20,000 nucleotides of DNA from an uncultured virus (IMG/VR IMGVR_UViG_3300008255_000125). Taxonomy: Duplodnaviria > Heunggongvirae > Uroviricota > Caudoviricetes. Numbering within the stretch: the first letter of the stretch is position 1; each line of letters starts with the position of its first letter. This document shows positions 16,508-20,000 of the stretch, piece by piece. The notes under the pieces were generated by a model. It searched no databases. It worked only from the letters and a program-made list of their open reading frames with translations, and was not told the DNA's origin. Where the stretch lies: IMG/VR virus record IMGVR_UViG_3300008255_000125; one strand, written 5' to 3'. A program made the translations under genes and the position numbers.

Positions 16508-16948
16508 TTATAATTTTTTTAATCTTTCTAATACATCACTACTTGTATGACCATCCCATTCTGGCGCATTTTCTAGGGTATCTAAAACAAAGTCTGTATC
16601 ACTCCATCTTTCTATTGGTAAATGGTAGCTTATTTGTTTACCTTTCTCTATTTCTATCCCTAATATAAACCATCCATCAAAGGATGAACCATCTGAGTGT
16701 TTTTTCGATCTCCATGGATGTGGTAATGTTGGACCTTCCCAATATACTTTATTTTTTTCACATATCCTACAAAGTGCAATAAATAATTCTATTCTATGCT
16801 CATACAATTCATCCATTGTGTGATAGCCATCTGAAACTTCCAAAGAATCACCACCTTCAAATTCATAATTAAAACTTTGACCTTTAATACCTGAATTATT
16901 CCTTACAACCCTATCTGTTTCCATATTTTTTATTGTATATTTTTTCAT
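16508..16948 (-). CDS. WDGH-motif phage protein of unknown function
   Basis: SDGYHTMDELYEHR, QISYHLP, APEWDGHT. Confidence 0.85.
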   Translation of the reverse strand: MKKYTIKNMETDRVVRNNSGIKGQSFNYEFEGGDSLEVSDGYHTMDELYEHRIELFIALCRICEKNKVYWEGPTLPHPWRSKKHSDGSSFDGWFILGIEIEKGKQISYHLPIERWSDTDFVLDTLENAPEWDGHTSSDVLERLKKL

Positions 16949-16952
16949 ATCA

Positions 16953-18344
16953 TTATTTATATTTAGCTTCTAATTCCTTAATATATTGATCAATAAATCC
17001 ATCATCTTCTTCTTCAACTTCACGACCTTCTATTAACTGATCAATAATATCCTGTTTCTTTTCTATTAACTTCCTCATAAATCCATCAATTGTATCTTTT
17101 CCAATTATTCTATATATGTTTAAAACATCATACTTAGCTCCTGGTCTATGTGCTCTATTTTCTCCTTGGTCTAAATCTGCTGGATTCCATGGTAAATCTA
17201 AGAATATCACATTACTCGCAGCTGTCAAAGTTATTCCAACACCTGCACTTCTAGTTCCACCAAAGAAAATATTTATTTTAGGATCTTCTTGAAACTTTCT
17301 AACCAATGCTCCTCTTTCATCAACTGGTGTATCTCCAAGAAGTAATACGGAGTTTTCTTCATACTTTTCTTCTAACTCTCTTAACGGTCCATTAAAACTA
17401 GAGAAAACTATAACTTTCTGACCTGCTTCTATTATACTATCAATCATTTCTATTGCTGTAGGTATCTTACCCATAGCATTTATCTCTCTAAGTAAATTAA
17501 GTTTTACTAACTTTTCTGCTTGTAGAGATTTTGCAATTTCTTTATCTGTCTTATCTTTCTTGTACTCTTTTAAATACTTAATAAGATTAGCTTCAACTAA
17601 ATCATATTGTTTTCTAGATTCATTGGGTAATTGGATTGGAACATAAATTGGAGGATTCTTAGTAGGAAGCTCTGATAAAACTTCCTCCTTTGTTCTCCTC
17701 AAGAAGTATTTAGATATTCTTTCTTTTAACTCATCTAAATTACTTGCCCCTTTTGCTTCAAACCCCCAATAACCCTGTTTTCCCTCACAATACCTAGTTG
17801 CATAATGGTAATAGTTTCCCCATACCTTAGGATCAATTATGTTTAACATATTAAACATTTCTATCGGTCTTGAGAGAACTGGAGTACCTGTCAACATTAT
17901 TACATTTGGTATAGTTTTTGAAAGAGCCTTAATAACTTTTGATCTTATAGCTGTGGGTGATTTAATTAAATGACTTTCATCAACAACTAAACAATCCCAT
18001 CTATATTTCATAAATTCATCAAAGAACTTCTTCAATATTTCAAAATTTATAATTATTATGTTTATATCATGTGGTATATCATTAAGATGTGTTTTTGAAT
18101 CAACAACGAAGGATGATAAATTTGTCCATTTAGCAACTTCGTCTTCCCAGCAGAATTTTACAGATGCAGGGCAAACAACCAATGTTCTTTTGTGTCCACT
18201 ATGAGATACATAACCTAATGCCTGAGCTGTCTTACCAACTCCTGGACTATCAGCTAGTAATGCTCTCCCCCCACTATCTACCAAAAATTCAACGCCTTTC
18301 TTTTGATACTCGTACAATTCTTTCTTAATACCATTTATAATCAT
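16953..18344 (-). CDS. SNF2-family (HARP/SMARCAL1-like) helicase/ATPase
   Basis: YQKKGV, ADSPGVGKT, VCPAS, VDESH, LTGTP, GVGITLT, QGENRAHRPG. Confidence 0.95.
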   Translation of the reverse strand: MIINGIKKELYEYQKKGVEFLVDSGGRALLADSPGVGKTAQALGYVSHSGHKRTLVVCPASVKFCWEDEVAKWTNLSSFVVDSKTHLNDIPHDINIIIINFEILKKFFDEFMKYRWDCLVVDESHLIKSPTAIRSKVIKALSKTIPNVIMLTGTPVLSRPIEMFNMLNIIDPKVWGNYYHYATRYCEGKQGYWGFEAKGASNLDELKERISKYFLRRTKEEVLSELPTKNPPIYVPIQLPNESRKQYDLVEANLIKYLKEYKKDKTDKEIAKSLQAEKLVKLNLLREINAMGKIPTAIEMIDSIIEAGQKVIVFSSFNGPLRELEEKYEENSVLLLGDTPVDERGALVRKFQEDPKINIFFGGTRSAGVGITLTAASNVIFLDLPWNPADLDQGENRAHRPGAKYDVLNIYRIIGKDTIDGFMRKLIEKKQDIIDQLIEGREVEEEDDGFIDQYIKELEAKYK

Positions 18345-18347
18345 AGT

Positions 18348-18563
18348 CTATTTTTTCTTACTTTTTATTTCTTTTAATGTCTTACCACCCTTTTTCAACT
18401 TATCTATATTTTTAATTATAGATATTGTTTTCTCTGAGTCGAAAACATTCATGCGTCCTACCTTTGCTATTGGAGTGATAAGGCCCATTGTAAAATAATA
18501 AGCAAGTTTGCTTTTATTAATACCTAACTTTAATGCCAATTCTCCTAATGATGCGTGTTTCAT
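18348..18563 (-). CDS. MerR-like HTH DNA-binding protein
   Basis: SLGELALKLGINKSKLAYYFTMGLITP...GKTLKEIK. Confidence 0.85.
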   Translation of the reverse strand: MKHASLGELALKLGINKSKLAYYFTMGLITPIAKVGRMNVFDSEKTISIIKNIDKLKKGGKTLKEIKSKKK

Positions 18564-18600
18564 AAATTATTTTTAATTCTATTAATACTGATATAGGGCT

Positions 18601-18630
18601 ATTATACTCTATAACCTTGTCACTTGTCAA
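18601..18630 (-). promoter_or_regulatory. Sigma70-type promoter
   Basis: TTGACA-18 nt-TATAAT upstream of the MerR-like/helicase/groEL unit. Confidence 0.85.
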
Positions 18631-18632
18631 GC

Positions 18633-18827
18633 TTACCATCGTGCGACTAAATGATGTCTAAACTTTTTGTGATTCTTCCCCTTTGTTGCTAAATGCCATT
18701 TACCACACATTTTACATTCGTATATATTCATTTCTATGTGATGTAGTTTCATTGTTAGATTTTTTAAAGATACTGCTCCCATTTTATCTAACATTTGCTT
18801 ACCTGAAGGACACTCTTTATTTTCCAT
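18633..18827 (-). CDS. Small Zn-finger-like protein
   Basis: CPSGK...YECKMCGKWHL. Confidence 0.8.
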   Translation of the reverse strand: MENKECPSGKQMLDKMGAVSLKNLTMKLHHIEMNIYECKMCGKWHLATKGKNHKKFRHHLVARW

Positions 18828-18828
18828 A

Positions 18829-19002
18829 TTAATCTACGCTTTTATTCTTAACACTGAATTTTACACCAGAACTAAGATCTGCTGTCAACCATTTACCCAT
18901 AACGTGTAAATCTAACACCTTATTTTCTGGATTTATTAATGATTTCAAATATGCTAATGCATTTGAATTTATTGCTTGTGCAACTTTTTTAATTTTCTTC
19001 AT
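18829..19002 (-). CDS. Small hypothetical protein (57 aa, MKKIKKVAQAINSNALAYLK...), absent from ORF track
   Basis: Hand translation; fills the gap, overlaps the upstream stop and ends 1 nt before the next ATG. Confidence 0.75.
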   Translation of the reverse strand: MKKIKKVAQAINSNALAYLKSLINPENKVLDLHVMGKWLTADLSSGVKFSVKNKSVD

Positions 19003-19273
19003 GTGATTTTAATAATTTAATTAATTCTTCTCTATTTATATCCTCCCAACTTTCCCATTTGTTTTTTATAAGGTTTATTATATTCTCTTTATTATTTTCT
19101 ATAAAAAATATCCTAAACTCTAAATATGCTTCAAAGAAAGCTCTATAAATAGTTTTATCTCCTAATGCGGCTCTTTCAAAAGAGTCTGGTAAATGTTCAG
19201 CTATCTTACTCCAAAATATAGCTGACTCTGTTTTTATCCTTTCTTCTTTTGAGTTAAAAATAATTTTTTTCAT
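18989..19273 (-). CDS. Hypothetical protein
   Basis: 94 aa; TAATG translational coupling with the upstream gene. Confidence 0.8.
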   Translation of the reverse strand: MKKIIFNSKEERIKTESAIFWSKIAEHLPDSFERAALGDKTIYRAFFEAYLEFRIFFIENNKENIINLIKNKWESWEDINREELIKLLKSHEEN

Positions 19274-19977
19274 TATATTTTACCAACTTCTGGTATACCT
19301 TTATTGATAATTAAATATTCACTCCCATATTCTAGTGTATCCATAAAGATAAAATCTTCACCTATTTCAATACTCTCTTGATGTGTATGTCCAACAACCT
19401 GAGTAAACCCTTCAATAGAATCAGATAATAATGCTCGTGGTCGAACCCACAATGGTGATTGAGTAATACTATCTCCAGTATTATCTAATGGATTACTTGG
19501 TGTAAACTTAAAAGCATCACGATTAGTTTTGAATAAATCATTAATATCATCTCTAATATTAACCTTATCTTTAACATTTTCATTATACCATGTTTTAGTT
19601 ATTCCTGCATGTGAGAAAATAAAATCATAATATACATAACATATCTGAATATTACCATCCTCAATCTCTGAGTCTAAGCAAGCTGCTATCTGATCTCTGT
19701 TTTCAGGATTGTAACCACTATAATGTTCATTTGTACTCCAAAGATAATGATAATCATGATTACCTAAAAGAAGGATAACTTTTCCTGGGTTTTCGTATTG
19801 GAACTGCAAAATATCAGTGAAATTTTCCCACTGCTCTTGAAATGGAATACTGAAACTATCGAAATAGTCACCAAGAAATACCACCTTTCCAAAAGGTTGT
19901 TTTACAATTTCTTTCCACTTATCGCGTCCATGTGTATCTCCCAACACTATTAACTTATCGCTTTCTTTTTTTTTCAT
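19273..19977 (-). CDS. Calcineurin-like metallophosphoesterase
   Basis: GDTHG, GDYFD, GNHD, SHAG, VGHT. Confidence 0.95.
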   Translation of the reverse strand: MKKKESDKLIVLGDTHGRDKWKEIVKQPFGKVVFLGDYFDSFSIPFQEQWENFTDILQFQYENPGKVILLLGNHDYHYLWSTNEHYSGYNPENRDQIAACLDSEIEDGNIQICYVYYDFIFSHAGITKTWYNENVKDKVNIRDDINDLFKTNRDAFKFTPSNPLDNTGDSITQSPLWVRPRALLSDSIEGFTQVVGHTHQESIEIGEDFIFMDTLEYGSEYLIINKGIPEVGKI

Positions 19978-20000
19978 TTTATATTTAAGTTAACTAATAA

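Noticed and set aside
1..20000. Stop-codon reassignment (code 15, 4 or 25)
   Set aside because: Conserved genes are full length and densely packed under code 11; no genes are broken by TAG or TGA.
1..20000. CRISPR array or integrase/att site
   Set aside because: No regularly spaced direct repeats and no recombinase gene seen.

Overview
AT-rich, gene-dense 20 kb segment, most likely from a large bacteriophage or prophage (inference: many orphan ORFs and no housekeeping synteny; no virion genes are present, so a small-genome bacterial island is not excluded). Starts mostly lack Shine-Dalgarno motifs while promoters are sigma70-type, which suggests a Patescibacteria/CPR-like host. The + strand block (1-11074) encodes a 5'-truncated RtcB, LemA, a TPM-domain protein, a Gly-tail protein, and a phiEco32-like amide-ligation module (peptidase C26/class I GATase, COOH-NH2 ligase, class II GATase, HExxH protein). 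The convergent - strand block encodes a DnaQ/RNase H-like exonuclease, an AAA ATPase, an HNH protein, an atypical tRNA-Trp, an atypical GroEL with GroES, a WDGH protein, an SNF2 helicase, a MerR-like HTH and a metallophosphoesterase. The most notable unexplained signal is three highly structured RNA-like elements (797-1112 directly after rtcB, 9826-10247, and 14646-14775 on the - strand). Each is closed by a long-range stem just upstream of a start codon, and they share exact 10-14 nt motifs.
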